A stretch of 59,750 bases of DNA from Bdellovibrionota bacterium (GCA_044356295.1 JBIKWN010000010.1:1-59750), one strand, 5' to 3'; positions 40,495 to 50,240 are shown, numbered from the stretch's first letter. Notes: generated by a model not told the origin, from the sequence alone. Made by a program: numbers and translations.

Positions 40495-40821
40495 AAAAGT
40501 ACCTTTAAAAAACTTCTTGTACCAAGATATGTGTCGTTTGAGTCGGGTGTTACGTAATAAAATAAATTTATTGGCAATCCTGTCTGCGTGATTTATCTAA
40601 CGATATCTAATAGTTACAAACTTCAGCGCTATATTGGGTCGCATATTTTTATAAGAATTTTTACCATTCTTGCGCCGTATTGTCCTTAAGTGGCTTATGT
40701 TTCCCCAAAAAAGCTTCACTTTGAGATTTTCTGATCCCATAGATTCCTCAATACAACTTAGAAGCGAGGTCATTTTCGCAAAACTTGGAAACTATTGCTG
40801 CAAATAGATCGAAAAATCAGA

Positions 40822-41142
40822 ATGCATTATGTCTATATTTTAAGGAGCAAATTTTTTAATAGGCAGCTTTATGTTGGAATGACTACTAATTGTAATAGGC
40901 GATTGTCTGATCATAATGAAGGGAGAAGTTGTCACACTGCAAAGTTTCGTCCTTGGGAGTTGGTTTATACAGAAAAATTTGAATGCTCTCTTGAGGCTGT
41001 TCGGAGGGAACGACAGGTTAAGAAATGGTCTCGTGGGAAGAAGGAGGCGTTGATTGCTGGGGATTTTGTTAGGTTAAAAGAATTAAGCCTTTCGACTCCC
41101 CTTCGACAAGCTCAGGGTCGCTCAAGGCAGGCCCGCAAATGA
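40822..41142 (+). CDS. Small GIY-YIG nuclease (UPF0213-like)
   Basis: MHYVYILRS...LYVGMT..RRLSDHN.G...T.KFRPWELVY.E...ERQVKKWSR.KK..LI. Confidence 0.93.
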   Translation: MHYVYILRSKFFNRQLYVGMTTNCNRRLSDHNEGRSCHTAKFRPWELVYTEKFECSLEAVRRERQVKKWSRGKKEALIAGDFVRLKELSLSTPLRQAQGRSRQARK

Positions 41143-41294
41143 ATTCGATAAGCTTATTTTCTTTGATACTGGTACAGAGCGGAGTTGGAGAGTCCGCCCT
41201 TCGACTCCCCTTCGACAAGCTCAGGGTCCGCTCAGGGCACTCGACTCGCATTCAGATTGCGGGGCCTGCCACGAGCGAGCGAAGCGAGTCGAGT
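41087..41294. repeat. REP-like repeat cluster between GIY-YIG gene and tmRNA 3' end
   Basis: Identical 29-mer TTCGACTCCCCTTCGACAAGCTCAGGGTC at 41091 and 41200; inverted pairs GGCAGGCCCGCAA/TTGCGGGGCCTGCC and ACTCGACTCGC/GCGAGTCGAGT. Confidence 0.88.
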
Positions 41295-41694
41295 GGAGAT
41301 GGCGGGAATCGAACCCGCGTCCGAGAAGCGTCAACACTAGCTTTCTACACGTTTAGTAATCCCTTTATGTCTTACCAAAGGAGCTTTAGATCACGAAATC
41401 TCGCTTGGCCAGAGTCGCTTTTGTCTTAAAGTTATATAACGACCATATAACTTCCAGTCCACCTATGGTTTAAAGTTCAACAAAGATCATGAACTTATCT
41501 TTGTAAAACCGGCTCGGTGATCTCTCAGCGAACCATTTTAGCTTTAAGCGTTTACAACTTTTTGGTTGTAAGCGATATCGCTGTTAGTTGCATTAAAGTT
41601 TGCATCTACATTTTCTCCGCTTTTTTAAGAGGCCAGCGGACCCTCTACGTGCTTACCAGTGCCTCAAGAATCCCGTCGAAACCAGTGCATCCCC
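41294..41694 (-). ncRNA. ssrA: tmRNA (transfer-messenger RNA)
   Basis: 5' GGGGATGCACTGGTTTCGACGGG; 3' GGACGCGGGTTCGATTCCCGCCATCTCCA; acceptor stem with G3-U70; tag frame TAGAT-GCA AAC... at 41603-41544; next to smpB. CCA not encoded. Confidence 0.96.
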
Positions 41695-41942
41695 AAAGAA
41701 CTTTTGGAATTTGAAAAATTCCGTCGATAGATCAATCTTCATTAATCGATCGACGGGATTCTTGAAAAACAACACTGCCGCCGGCTAGGAGCAAAGCGAC
41801 CCAGGCGGGCTCCCGTCGAAACCATGTCTCAATAGCGGTAGCTGTTGAACAAAACAACACTGCATCCCCAAAGAACTTTTGGAATTTGAAAAACTCCGTC
41901 GAGCGATCAAACTCAATTAATCGATCGACGGGATTCTTGAAA
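41686..41942. repeat. Direct duplication of the tmRNA 5' leader and 5' end
   Basis: 82-bp near-identical copies at 41686-41767 and 41861-41942 (offset 175); TCCCGTCGAAACCA at 41671 and 41811; AAAACAACACTGC at 41766 and 41851. Confidence 0.9.
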
Positions 41943-41958
41943 TTTTTAATCTAAATCT

Positions 41959-41987
41959 ATTATGAGCACGCACAAGGCGAAATTCAA
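41959..41987 (-). promoter_or_regulatory. Candidate sigma70 promoter for ssrA
   Basis: Minus strand TTGAAT-17 nt-CATAAT just downstream of the smpB stop. Confidence 0.55.
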
Positions 41988-42001
41988 GGAGAAGTAAGGG
42001 T

Positions 42002-42469
42002 TTAACCTGACTTAATTCTACGCTGAATATCCCTTTTAGCGTCCTTCTCTTTAATATCGCTTCTCTTATCGATTGTATTCTTACCCTTACCAAGGGCAAC
42101 TTCAACTTTGACCCGTCCATTTTTGAAGTAAACTTTTAATGGAACAAGTGTTAGTCCTTTTTGTTCAACTTTACTCTGAAGTTTTTCGATCTCTTTTTTA
42201 TGCATTAAAAGTTTTCGTTGAACTGTTGGATCATACTCACGGTTAGTATCATGTGAATAAGCCTTTATGTGGGCACCTAACAGAAAAAGTTCACCATGAA
42301 ATGGGCGTATATAACTTTCTTGTAAACTAAGCCCCCCTGAGCGAATTGATTTCACTTCAGCACCAGTTAAAACAATACCTGCCTCGTGAGACTCAAGGAT
42401 CGTAAAATTAAATCGAGCTTTTCGATTTTCAGATGCAATTTTGATTGATGAATCAGATGGTTTGCTCAC
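42002..42469 (-). CDS. smpB: SsrA-binding protein
   Basis: NRKARFNF, EAGIVLTGAEVKSIR, RKLLMHKKEI, GKGK..DKR. Confidence 0.98.
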   Translation of the reverse strand: MSKPSDSSIKIASENRKARFNFTILESHEAGIVLTGAEVKSIRSGGLSLQESYIRPFHGELFLLGAHIKAYSHDTNREYDPTVQRKLLMHKKEIEKLQSKVEQKGLTLVPLKVYFKNGRVKVEVALGKGKNTIDKRSDIKEKDAKRDIQRRIKSG

Positions 42470-42518
42470 GACAGAACTATTGTAGCAGAAATTAAAAAAA
42501 CTACCCTATAGCCATCGA

Positions 42519-43253
42519 TTATAGATTGGCAACTGAAAAAATTACTTCTCTGCCGTCTGGCACCTCGTTTAAAGCATCAATATGCACTGCTCTAACCTCG
42601 CTTAAACTTTTCACATGGGTTCCACCACATGCGTTTGCATCAATACCATCGATGACAATTAGCCGTACTGACCCTTTTAATGAGCCAGAGGCTACTGTCG
42701 GACGGTATACATCTTGATATAATTCAATCGCTTCACTTTCACTTTTAACTGTTTGTGAAGAAATTTTTCTATCTTCTTTGATGAATGTTTCAACTAATAA
42801 TAATGCTTCATTGAGTTCTGTTTCTTGTAACGAAGAGTGATGGGGATAAAGCACTGAACATGTTGTTGTAGAATCAGAGATCTTCATGCCACCAGTAAGA
42901 ATATCTTTTCTTATAATTCTAAGTGCCCCGGCTAGAGCATGTTGACCTGAGTGAAGTCGCATAGTTTTATATCTTCTCTCGAAATCGAGAATACATTCTA
43001 CCTCCATCCCTTTTTGAACTTTTGCATCTGAACTTATTACATATCCAGTATTACCTTTCTCTTTCATTATTCTTAAAAGAGGAAAGTCGACACCTTCAAT
43101 TTTAATAACTCCGTGATCCATCGGTTGACCTCCTCCTTCCATAAAGAGGGCTTCACGGCAAAATAGTGCAACCCCATCATCCAATGGTAAAATTCGGTCA
43201 ATAACAGTAAGAGCTGATGCGAGATACGGATCGCTTCGATAAAGAGGAATCAT
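42519..43253 (-). CDS. alaX: Free-standing alanyl-tRNA editing protein (AlaX-M-like)
   Basis: EGGGQP.DHG, RLHSGQHAL (HxxxH), ACGGTHV (CxxxH). Confidence 0.88.
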   Translation of the reverse strand: MIPLYRSDPYLASALTVIDRILPLDDGVALFCREALFMEGGGQPMDHGVIKIEGVDFPLLRIMKEKGNTGYVISSDAKVQKGMEVECILDFERRYKTMRLHSGQHALAGALRIIRKDILTGGMKISDSTTTCSVLYPHHSSLQETELNEALLLVETFIKEDRKISSQTVKSESEAIELYQDVYRPTVASGSLKGSVRLIVIDGIDANACGGTHVKSLSEVRAVHIDALNEVPDGREVIFSVANL

Positions 43254-43294
43254 AGAAGTTTAATCTATGACATCAAAAACAAAGAGGCTACGTG

Positions 43295-43699
43295 TTAATT
43301 CAGATTTTCTTTATCAATCAGTGCGGGACCTGCAATTTCTTGTCTTACTGACTTGATACTGTTGTTCTCATCAACAAATACAACTGTAGGTTCATATCCT
43401 TCTAACGATTGTTCTGGAATATGACTAAATGAAGCAACAATCACATTATCTCCAGGCTGAACTAAACGGGCAGCAGCACCATTTACAGAGATAACTCCTT
43501 CTTCTTTACCAGCGATTATATAGGTCTCAAAACGAGAGCCATTTGTCACATCCCAAACATTTACAGCTTCGAAAGGCGCCATATGAGAGGCTTTCAGCAG
43601 AGACGGAGGAATCGTAATGCTTCCCTCGTACCTTAAATCAGCATGAGTAACAGTAGCACCATGAATTTTTGCGTGGAGCACTTTTCTCATTTTATCCAT
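43295..43699 (-). CDS. panD: Aspartate 1-decarboxylase
   Basis: KIHGATVT, YEG|SITI self-cleavage site, NGSRFETY, NGAAAR. Confidence 0.97.
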   Translation of the reverse strand: MDKMRKVLHAKIHGATVTHADLRYEGSITIPPSLLKASHMAPFEAVNVWDVTNGSRFETYIIAGKEEGVISVNGAAARLVQPGDNVIVASFSHIPEQSLEGYEPTVVFVDENNSIKSVRQEIAGPALIDKENLN

Positions 43700-44528
43700 G
43701 TAATCTATCTCCGTAAGAAAATTCTTTTGAAGGAAATTCAGATGCTTTTACCTCTTCTCGATATTTCTCTAGTGCAGCTATGCCATCTTCAAAAAGATTT
43801 GCAAATTGTTTTACAAACTTAGGTACACGTTTATTGTGTAGTCCTAAAAGATCATGAAAAACTAACACCTGACCATCACATTTATTTCCAGCCCCAATAC
43901 CTATTGTTGGAATAGAGATAGTTTCAGTAATAGTCTGTGCTAGATCATCTGGGATACCTTCAAGAACAACAGCAAAAGCTCCGGATTCCGCAACAGCAAT
44001 TGCATCATCAATGATTCTCTTTGGATCTTCTTTTCCTTGTACTTTAAATCCTCCCATCCGATGAACCGATTGAGGAGTCAGTCCAACATGACCCATCACT
44101 GGTACATCCATTGATGTAATTTTTTTTATAGCATCAGCAAAAATGACCCCACCTTCTAATTTTACAGCGGCAGCAGAGCCAAATTTTATCATTTTAAAAC
44201 TTGTCTCGACTGCTTGCGCTTCTGAAAGTTGATACGACATAAAAGGAAGGTCTGCCACAAGTAATGAACGAGTAATTCCCTTTGAAACGCACCGAGAGTG
44301 ATAAACCATCTGCTCAAGAGTCACCGGTAAAGTATTCTCTTCACCTTGAATGACCCCTGCTAATGAATCTCCAACAAGAACGATATCAATACCAGCGGCA
44401 TCAACCATAAGAGCTGAAGTATAATCATATGCTGTAACACATGTGATTTTCTGTTTATTTTTTTGGGAAAGTATCCAAGGAACAGTACAAGGCGCCCCTA
44501 GTACTGAGGTTTGATTTTTATTTTTCAT
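43692..44528 (-). CDS. panB: 3-methyl-2-oxobutanoate hydroxymethyltransferase
   Basis: TAYD, LVGDSL, ADLPFMSY, KLEGG, GHVGLTPQ. Confidence 0.97.
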   Translation of the reverse strand: MKNKNQTSVLGAPCTVPWILSQKNKQKITCVTAYDYTSALMVDAAGIDIVLVGDSLAGVIQGEENTLPVTLEQMVYHSRCVSKGITRSLLVADLPFMSYQLSEAQAVETSFKMIKFGSAAAVKLEGGVIFADAIKKITSMDVPVMGHVGLTPQSVHRMGGFKVQGKEDPKRIIDDAIAVAESGAFAVVLEGIPDDLAQTITETISIPTIGIGAGNKCDGQVLVFHDLLGLHNKRVPKFVKQFANLFEDGIAALEKYREEVKASEFPSKEFSYGDRLHG

Positions 44529-44623
44529 AAGTCACTTCTGTTTCCAGTAAATGCTGCTTGTCCATGTGGACAACCTCAAGTATATCAAAGGAAACCCACC
44601 TTAACGCAAGTTTTTATAGCCCC

Positions 44624-45658
44624 ATGAATACCCCCTCTTTTTCAGCCGTTGGACACCATTTTATCGTAGGAATATCTGGTACTAAGCTCTCTGAGCTCGA
44701 CAAACAAATACTAAGCCAGCTAAAGCCTTCAGGGATTCTATTTTTGAAGCGTAACTTTGAATTCAATCTGCCTTATACTGAATGGCTCGAATCGTTCTCT
44801 ACCCTTCTTTCTAGTATTAAAGAGTATACAGAACGAGACAGGATGTTTTTCTCAATTGATCATGAAGGCGGAAGAGTTCACAGAACCCCTGCACCATTAA
44901 CTCACTTTCCAGATCCAATTACTTTTAGAGAAGAGAGTTTTTCAATCGCCAGCAAAATGGCTCATGAACTTCGTTCAATCGGCATTAATGTAAGTTGGAG
45001 TCCTTCGGTTGATATACACACAAATCCATCAAATCCAGTTATTGGTAACAGAGCGTTTGGAAGTACAGTTGAAGAAGTTACAAAATTTTCCAGTCAGTTT
45101 ATGAGAGGACTTCTTGAAAATGGAATCCTTGCATGTATAAAGCATTTTCCTGGACATGGTGATACCAATGTTGATTCCCACTTAGCGCTTCCCGTTGTTC
45201 ATAAATCTTTAGAAGAGCTTAAACAATGTGAGCTGCAGCCGTTTGCAACACTTATCAATCAAGGTGCTCCCCTTGTCATGACATCGCACATTGTTTTTCC
45301 AAATATAGATCCAGGATCACCAGCGACACTTTCTAAATTATGGCTTCAAGATATTTTAAGAAAAGAGCTTGGATTTGGTGGAGTCATCGTAACAGATGAC
45401 CTTGATATGAATGCTGTGAGCACTCATCACAATCCCGATGAGCTTTGCATTAAGGCATTTGATGCAGGGTGTGAATTATTTATTGTTGCAAGGCATCCTG
45501 ATGGATCTTCGGATAAGCCGCTTAGAATGGGCAAAGCTCTCAATGATGCAATTTTAAAATCAAAAGAGCTCCAGCAGAAATCAGATCAGATTAAAGAAAA
45601 AATTGATTACCTACTTCAATATGCGGTCGGTCACTATATTCCAAGGCAGATCTGGTAA
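44624..45658 (+). CDS. nagZ: Beta-N-acetylhexosaminidase (GH3)
   Basis: DHEGGRVHR, KHFPGHG.T.VDSH, VTDDLDM; start probably MNTPS (44624). Confidence 0.9.
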   Translation: MNTPSFSAVGHHFIVGISGTKLSELDKQILSQLKPSGILFLKRNFEFNLPYTEWLESFSTLLSSIKEYTERDRMFFSIDHEGGRVHRTPAPLTHFPDPITFREESFSIASKMAHELRSIGINVSWSPSVDIHTNPSNPVIGNRAFGSTVEEVTKFSSQFMRGLLENGILACIKHFPGHGDTNVDSHLALPVVHKSLEELKQCELQPFATLINQGAPLVMTSHIVFPNIDPGSPATLSKLWLQDILRKELGFGGVIVTDDLDMNAVSTHHNPDELCIKAFDAGCELFIVARHPDGSSDKPLRMGKALNDAILKSKELQQKSDQIKEKIDYLLQYAVGHYIPRQIW

Positions 45659-45676
45659 TTTATTACGAAAATATTT

Positions 45677-46081
45677 TTAATGAGGACTCTGAGCAATTAT
45701 TTCAACCATCTCTTTAGCTTCTTTAAGATCTAAACCAGTTACTGAACGAAGCTCTTTAATTGCCTCAATAGTTTTAGATTCCCTTGCAAGCTTAATAATA
45801 TTGTTTAAGGTGTCTCCATCTAGCTCTATTGTTTTGCCATTAACAGAGACACTTCCTCGACTCGTCATTGAAAAAGAAATAAAGCTACGATTGGTATCAA
45901 TTGTTGAGCTCAGAACTTCTGATTTCTTCAAATCACTAGTCGCATCAAATGAAACACTAGACGATGATTTCCTTGATGTTACGAGTTTAGAAAATATAAA
46001 TCCTATGATTAGCCCACCAATAATCGGATGAATTTAGTAACTAAGAAAGAACTTAGAACATTGGTCAAGAAAGCTATCCAT
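45677..46081 (-). pseudogene. Membrane-anchored protein with L7/L12 C-terminal-like domain, in-frame TAA at codon 16
   Basis: ATG at 46081 reads MDSFLDQCSKFFLSY*IHPIIGGLIIGFIFSKL..., in frame with ORF 45677-45931 (IEAIKELRSVTGLDLKEAKEMVE). Confidence 0.6.
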
Positions 46082-46099
46082 GATAAATATTTATTGGCT

Positions 46100-47131
46100 C
46101 TATTTCGTCACCTTGATAGTAGCTTTCGCTGTTTTTTTGTATTTTATTTTTGCAGTCAGCGTACCCTTTCTAATTGATTTCAATTTCACCGTTGTTTTTG
46201 CGCACCCTGTTTTATCAAGAATGAAATTCTTTTTAAGACCAACACTTTTACCATTCATAGAAAATTGAATTGCAACTTTAGCTCCAGATTTATATTGGGT
46301 TCCCGCACACATTGCTAAAGAAACGGATTTTCCGGTTTTTATAGTTGTTTTGTTAAATGCAATACCAAGTGTTCGCGCTCCGGTAGTAATCTTGCTGGTA
46401 GCTTCAGTAAATCCTTGAGATCCAACTTTTGAGTTATTTCCATTGGCAGATTTGAGGCTTGCTATATCAACATCAAGTGAAACGCTTCCATCATCATTAG
46501 TAGTTACGTTTGCAAATGGATCAGGTTTACCACCAACGTATACCCCTAAAACACCTCCAAGAAAATTAGCAGCGGCTTGAGGAAGATCCATTCGGAAATG
46601 AGCTTCGCCACCTTGTGTTCCAGAGAGTTCAATGCCGAATGTGACACCTGAACTAGACATTTCGCCTGAAAGGTCCCATCTACTGACATCACCAAATACT
46701 GAGATCTGGATTCCCGATAACTCTGCAGGGGGCGAATCTAAACCAGGAGGTGTAGGAGGATTACTGAAAGTAACATAAAAAGTTGTAGGAGGTCCTTCTG
46801 GACCAGGTCCAAATGACATACCACCACGATACGTAACAGTTGCAGTAATCACTCCTGCAGCACAGCTCCAATTTGTAGTGAATTCCGCTCCACCAGTCAT
46901 TGCCACACCAGGGCAAGCTGAATCGGTCGCAAAAGATAGCTCTGTAGAATCACCAGAAGCGATGCCGCCGAATACAAATATTCGTTCATTATCTTCGTCG
47001 ATTGTATTAGTAAGAGTTACTGAGTTTGTAGCACTAACAAAAGTTACGGCTGCATAAGAGCTCTGTACAAACAAAGCACAAGAAAGAGCCGTTACAAGCA
47101 ATGCAATAAATTTTGCTTTTGTAGTATTCAT
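46100..47131 (-). CDS. Secreted hypothetical protein (beta-rich, basic C-terminal domain)
   Basis: Signal peptide ending SYA; S/T/G-rich. Confidence 0.78.
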   Translation of the reverse strand: MNTTKAKFIALLVTALSCALFVQSSYAAVTFVSATNSVTLTNTIDEDNERIFVFGGIASGDSTELSFATDSACPGVAMTGGAEFTTNWSCAAGVITATVTYRGGMSFGPGPEGPPTTFYVTFSNPPTPPGLDSPPAELSGIQISVFGDVSRWDLSGEMSSSGVTFGIELSGTQGGEAHFRMDLPQAAANFLGGVLGVYVGGKPDPFANVTTNDDGSVSLDVDIASLKSANGNNSKVGSQGFTEATSKITTGARTLGIAFNKTTIKTGKSVSLAMCAGTQYKSGAKVAIQFSMNGKSVGLKKNFILDKTGCAKTTVKLKSIRKGTLTAKIKYKKTAKATIKVTK

Positions 47132-47299
47132 GTTTAATCCCCAGAAAATTTCTTAAATTACTCTTCGACAATTATTGTTTATTTCTTTAATTTTGAAAGG
47201 AAAATGAAATACTCCTCTTTGACTAGATTTCATTTAAGAAACAAATTTTAGGTATTACGACTATATTTCGTTAAAATACAAATAATTCCTAGAGAACTA

Positions 47300-47914
47300 T
47301 TAGGTAGAAAATTTCTTTTTCAAACTAGTAAGATCCATAGTCGCTCTGACATCTTCATCTGTCTTTTGTCGAAGACGAGGGTAACTTTTAACATCTGATT
47401 CAGGATTAAGGGAAACTGCTTTAACAATTTCTTTTGGTACAATCGGAACTTCTATCGTTTTATTAATTGGTGCAAGTTCTGGTTTCTTTGGCTGAACAAA
47501 AGATGGTTCTTCATCAAAGAAATCATCCTCTTCAACTTGAAAATCGGCTATTTTTTGCACGTATTCTGGTTCAATTTCGCACCAATAATCGGTACCCGGA
47601 TCAATCATAATCCAACGATTTCCACCAAGTGCAAGACAGATATCTGCACAATTAATTGAAAGTCCCTCGCCTTCAATCTCATTTTTTTCTAGCCATGATT
47701 TTAAAAGTGGCATCGAGGTAAAAATTGGAATTAAACTTCTACCACTTTCTTTAATCGTGATAACTGAAACCTTAGTTTCAGTTCCAATATTTTTCATTTT
47801 TACAGAAGGAACTATAACGAGTCTCTCGGCAAGCTTTGGCACAATTTTAGTTTTGGCAGAACTATCCCCTTGAGAGATCTTTTTGAGTAATAGATGAAGT
47901 ACTGTTTTCTGCAT
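47300..47914 (-). CDS. SseB-family-like protein
   Basis: LVIVP...LIPIFTS..LL..W...IMIDPG pattern of the SseB N-domain. Confidence 0.65.
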   Translation of the reverse strand: MQKTVLHLLLKKISQGDSSAKTKIVPKLAERLVIVPSVKMKNIGTETKVSVITIKESGRSLIPIFTSMPLLKSWLEKNEIEGEGLSINCADICLALGGNRWIMIDPGTDYWCEIEPEYVQKIADFQVEEDDFFDEEPSFVQPKKPELAPINKTIEVPIVPKEIVKAVSLNPESDVKSYPRLRQKTDEDVRATMDLTSLKKKFST

Positions 47915-47996
47915 GCTCTTTGTGTTTCGTAATAATTTATGAATTTCTTGAAAGATTACAGGAAGTAATCAAGAATAGTGTTTCAAAAGAAGCTAA

Positions 47997-48659
47997 ATGG
48001 CTGAAAAAACTATAAAACACACTACTTCAGAAATAAAACGACGTACACAAATCCTCAATGTGCTCCATAAGCTCTATCCTGACCCTCGTTCAGAACTAGA
48101 GTTTAAAGATCCTTATGAACTCGTTGTTGCTGTTGCACTTTCAGCTCAATGTACCGACAAGAAAGTAAATGAAGTAACAAAGAATTTATTCAAACAGTTT
48201 CCTACCTTTCAACTATTATCAAATGCCAGCCTCGATAAAATTGAAAATATTATTCGTCAAGTTAACTACTTCAAAACAAAATCAAAGAATATAAAATTAC
48301 TTGCAGAAAAAGTTTGTACTGAATTTAACGGATCACTTCCATTAACACACCAAGAACTTACATCATTACCAGGTGTTGGAAATAAAACTGCAAATGTCGT
48401 GCTTTCAGAACTTAACATTACTCCAGCATTTCCTGTTGATACACATGTTTTTAGAGTATCGAGACGTTTGAAATTAGCTCGAGGCAAAGATGTACTTCAA
48501 GTCGAAGCTTCATTAAAGAAAAATTTTAAACCAGAGCAGTGGCACGATCTTCATCATTGGCTTATTTTTCACGGAAGACGAGTATGCAAGTCTCAAAATC
48601 CTTCATGTGACATTTGTCCTCTTAATAAACTGTGCCCTTCAAATAGCTACAAAAAATAA
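47997..48659 (+). CDS. nth: Endonuclease III
   Basis: LSAQCTD, LPGVGNKTA, VDTHVFR, C-x6-C-x2-C-x5-C Fe-S motif. Confidence 0.97.
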   Translation: MAEKTIKHTTSEIKRRTQILNVLHKLYPDPRSELEFKDPYELVVAVALSAQCTDKKVNEVTKNLFKQFPTFQLLSNASLDKIENIIRQVNYFKTKSKNIKLLAEKVCTEFNGSLPLTHQELTSLPGVGNKTANVVLSELNITPAFPVDTHVFRVSRRLKLARGKDVLQVEASLKKNFKPEQWHDLHHWLIFHGRRVCKSQNPSCDICPLNKLCPSNSYKK

Positions 48660-48903
48660 CCAAATTAATTTTGGCTACGAAGAGAAATTGCACGCTCTTT
48701 AATTTGATCCCAATTAATTAATGAGCCATAGCTAGTACCGCCATCTCCTAAAATAAATCTGGGGTCATTGATATCAATTTTATTTTGGGTGCTAGAAAAA
48801 TACTCGATAATTTTATGCGTTTCTAAAAGATAATCAGGCCAGAGGAGTTGCCATTACAGCTAAATCTTACACCCTCAACCACAGATCTAATATATCAATT
48901 TAG

Positions 48904-49296
48904 CTAGTCTTTATAGGCTTCTAATAACTTCTTTCGAAGAATTGACTCATCAAACGGCTTTAATACGTAATTAGTTATGCCTTCATTAAACGCAGTTTCA
49001 ACCAGTTTCTTATCTGCGTGAGATGTAATGAGGATATATGCCTTAGGAGTTTTATCTTGATCTTTTAACGATGCATAGAGCTGCAATCCATTAAGTCGAG
49101 GCATCTCTATATCCGAAATAATAATATCAAATGATGTAGAGTCGCTTTTTTCAATCGCATCTATTCCATCATTAGCTTCGGTGAAATCAGTAAACCCTAA
49201 TTTCGTAAGGAATTTCACCATTATTTTCCTTACGGTCGTTATATCATCGACAATAAGAAATTTAGGGTTTTTTAGTACAAGCTCTTCAATGTTCAT
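48904..49296 (-). CDS. CheY-like single-domain response regulator
   Basis: LIVDD, ISDIEMP, LITS, LKPF. Confidence 0.92.
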   Translation of the reverse strand: MNIEELVLKNPKFLIVDDITTVRKIMVKFLTKLGFTDFTEANDGIDAIEKSDSTSFDIIISDIEMPRLNGLQLYASLKDQDKTPKAYILITSHADKKLVETAFNEGITNYVLKPFDESILRKKLLEAYKD

Positions 49297-49391
49297 GAAT
49301 TAGTTTCCAATACCATTCTCTATCACTCAATATCGTCATCATGATAATCAAGCTTTAGAGTCTGCTATTGGAAAATTTCTATGAAATATTC

Positions 49392-50177
49392 TTAAAGTGA
49401 AACTTTAAGAGAACTTATCGTTTGTAGGTCATTTTTCTCACGATCTGGAGCGGGCTGGTTATCCATGACGTTTCTTACTGTAAATACCATGGCAAGATCA
49501 GTACTCAGTGCTGCTTCAATACCAATTTCTGCGTTAACGATATAATTTGAACTTTCATCAAGGTCAAAAAGTACTTCTGCTTTTTGATAGAATTTAGATG
49601 TGCAACTAATTATCCAATCAAATCTGTCCGCAATTCGAGGGGCAAGATAGTTATTAGTCTCACCACCTGATTTTTCAAACACATAAGATGGGCCAGCTTC
49701 AAAGCGTAGTTTAAAATCATCATTTTTTAATACGTAATATCCAGGTGATGGATCTATTGTTATACGATAATCAAGATCTGCAAGTTCATCATTTAGAAAG
49801 CTCGACCCGATTCCAAGGTACCATCTATCGTCTAATAGCTTGTCGTACCTTCCATTTGCACGAAAATCATTTCTAGTTACTTTATCGCCACCAGCTTTTT
49901 CGATTGCATTGTCTTCTCCGTAGTTAAATGCACCAGCAAAATCATAGATATTACCTTCTTTATCTTCTTTTCGAGCAGCACCACCTAGTGTTAAGAGTAC
50001 TGTTTCTGTATTTCCACGGGTTAAGTTAAAACCAGCGCTGACTGACTTTTCCCATGCATCAATGACTTTTTTAGGAGCACATGCATCAGTAGCAGGATTA
50101 CATGCCGCAAATGATTCTGATAATGTTGAAAGGAACAATATAGATACGATTGAAATCGACGAAATGATATTTTTCAT
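49392..50177 (-). CDS. DUF481 (YdiY-like) outer-membrane beta-barrel
   Basis: Signal peptide; W...SAGFNLTRGNTET, EAGPSY..E, DNQPAP..EKND. Confidence 0.85.
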   Translation of the reverse strand: MKNIISSISIVSILFLSTLSESFAACNPATDACAPKKVIDAWEKSVSAGFNLTRGNTETVLLTLGGAARKEDKEGNIYDFAGAFNYGEDNAIEKAGGDKVTRNDFRANGRYDKLLDDRWYLGIGSSFLNDELADLDYRITIDPSPGYYVLKNDDFKLRFEAGPSYVFEKSGGETNNYLAPRIADRFDWIISCTSKFYQKAEVLFDLDESSNYIVNAEIGIEAALSTDLAMVFTVRNVMDNQPAPDREKNDLQTISSLKVSL

Positions 50178-50240
50178 AAACCCCTTATGGTAATAAGTTT
50201 GGTTTATGACTAACGTATAAATATATTTAGTGGCAAGTGG

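Noticed and set aside
41294..41325. Stand-alone tRNA gene
   Set aside because: The T-arm and acceptor strand pair with a 5' end 400 nt away and enclose a tag frame, so this is tmRNA.
41139..41788. ORFs 41139-41429, 41517-41714 and 41600-41788
   Set aside because: They overlap tmRNA and its repeats on the opposite strand and have no protein features.
45677..45931. Ribosomal protein L7/L12 (rplL)
   Set aside because: Only the short C-terminal-like motif is present, preceded by a membrane segment and outside any ribosomal operon.
36550..46036. Stop-codon reassignment (TAA read as sense) to explain two in-frame TAAs
   Set aside because: Conserved genes such as trmD, argC, smpB and murA end at TAA at their expected lengths.
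48665..48853. Start-less minus-strand frame containing GDGGTSYG (HypF/carbamoyltransferase-like tail)
   Set aside because: About 62 codons with no clear start and only one short motif; too weak to call.
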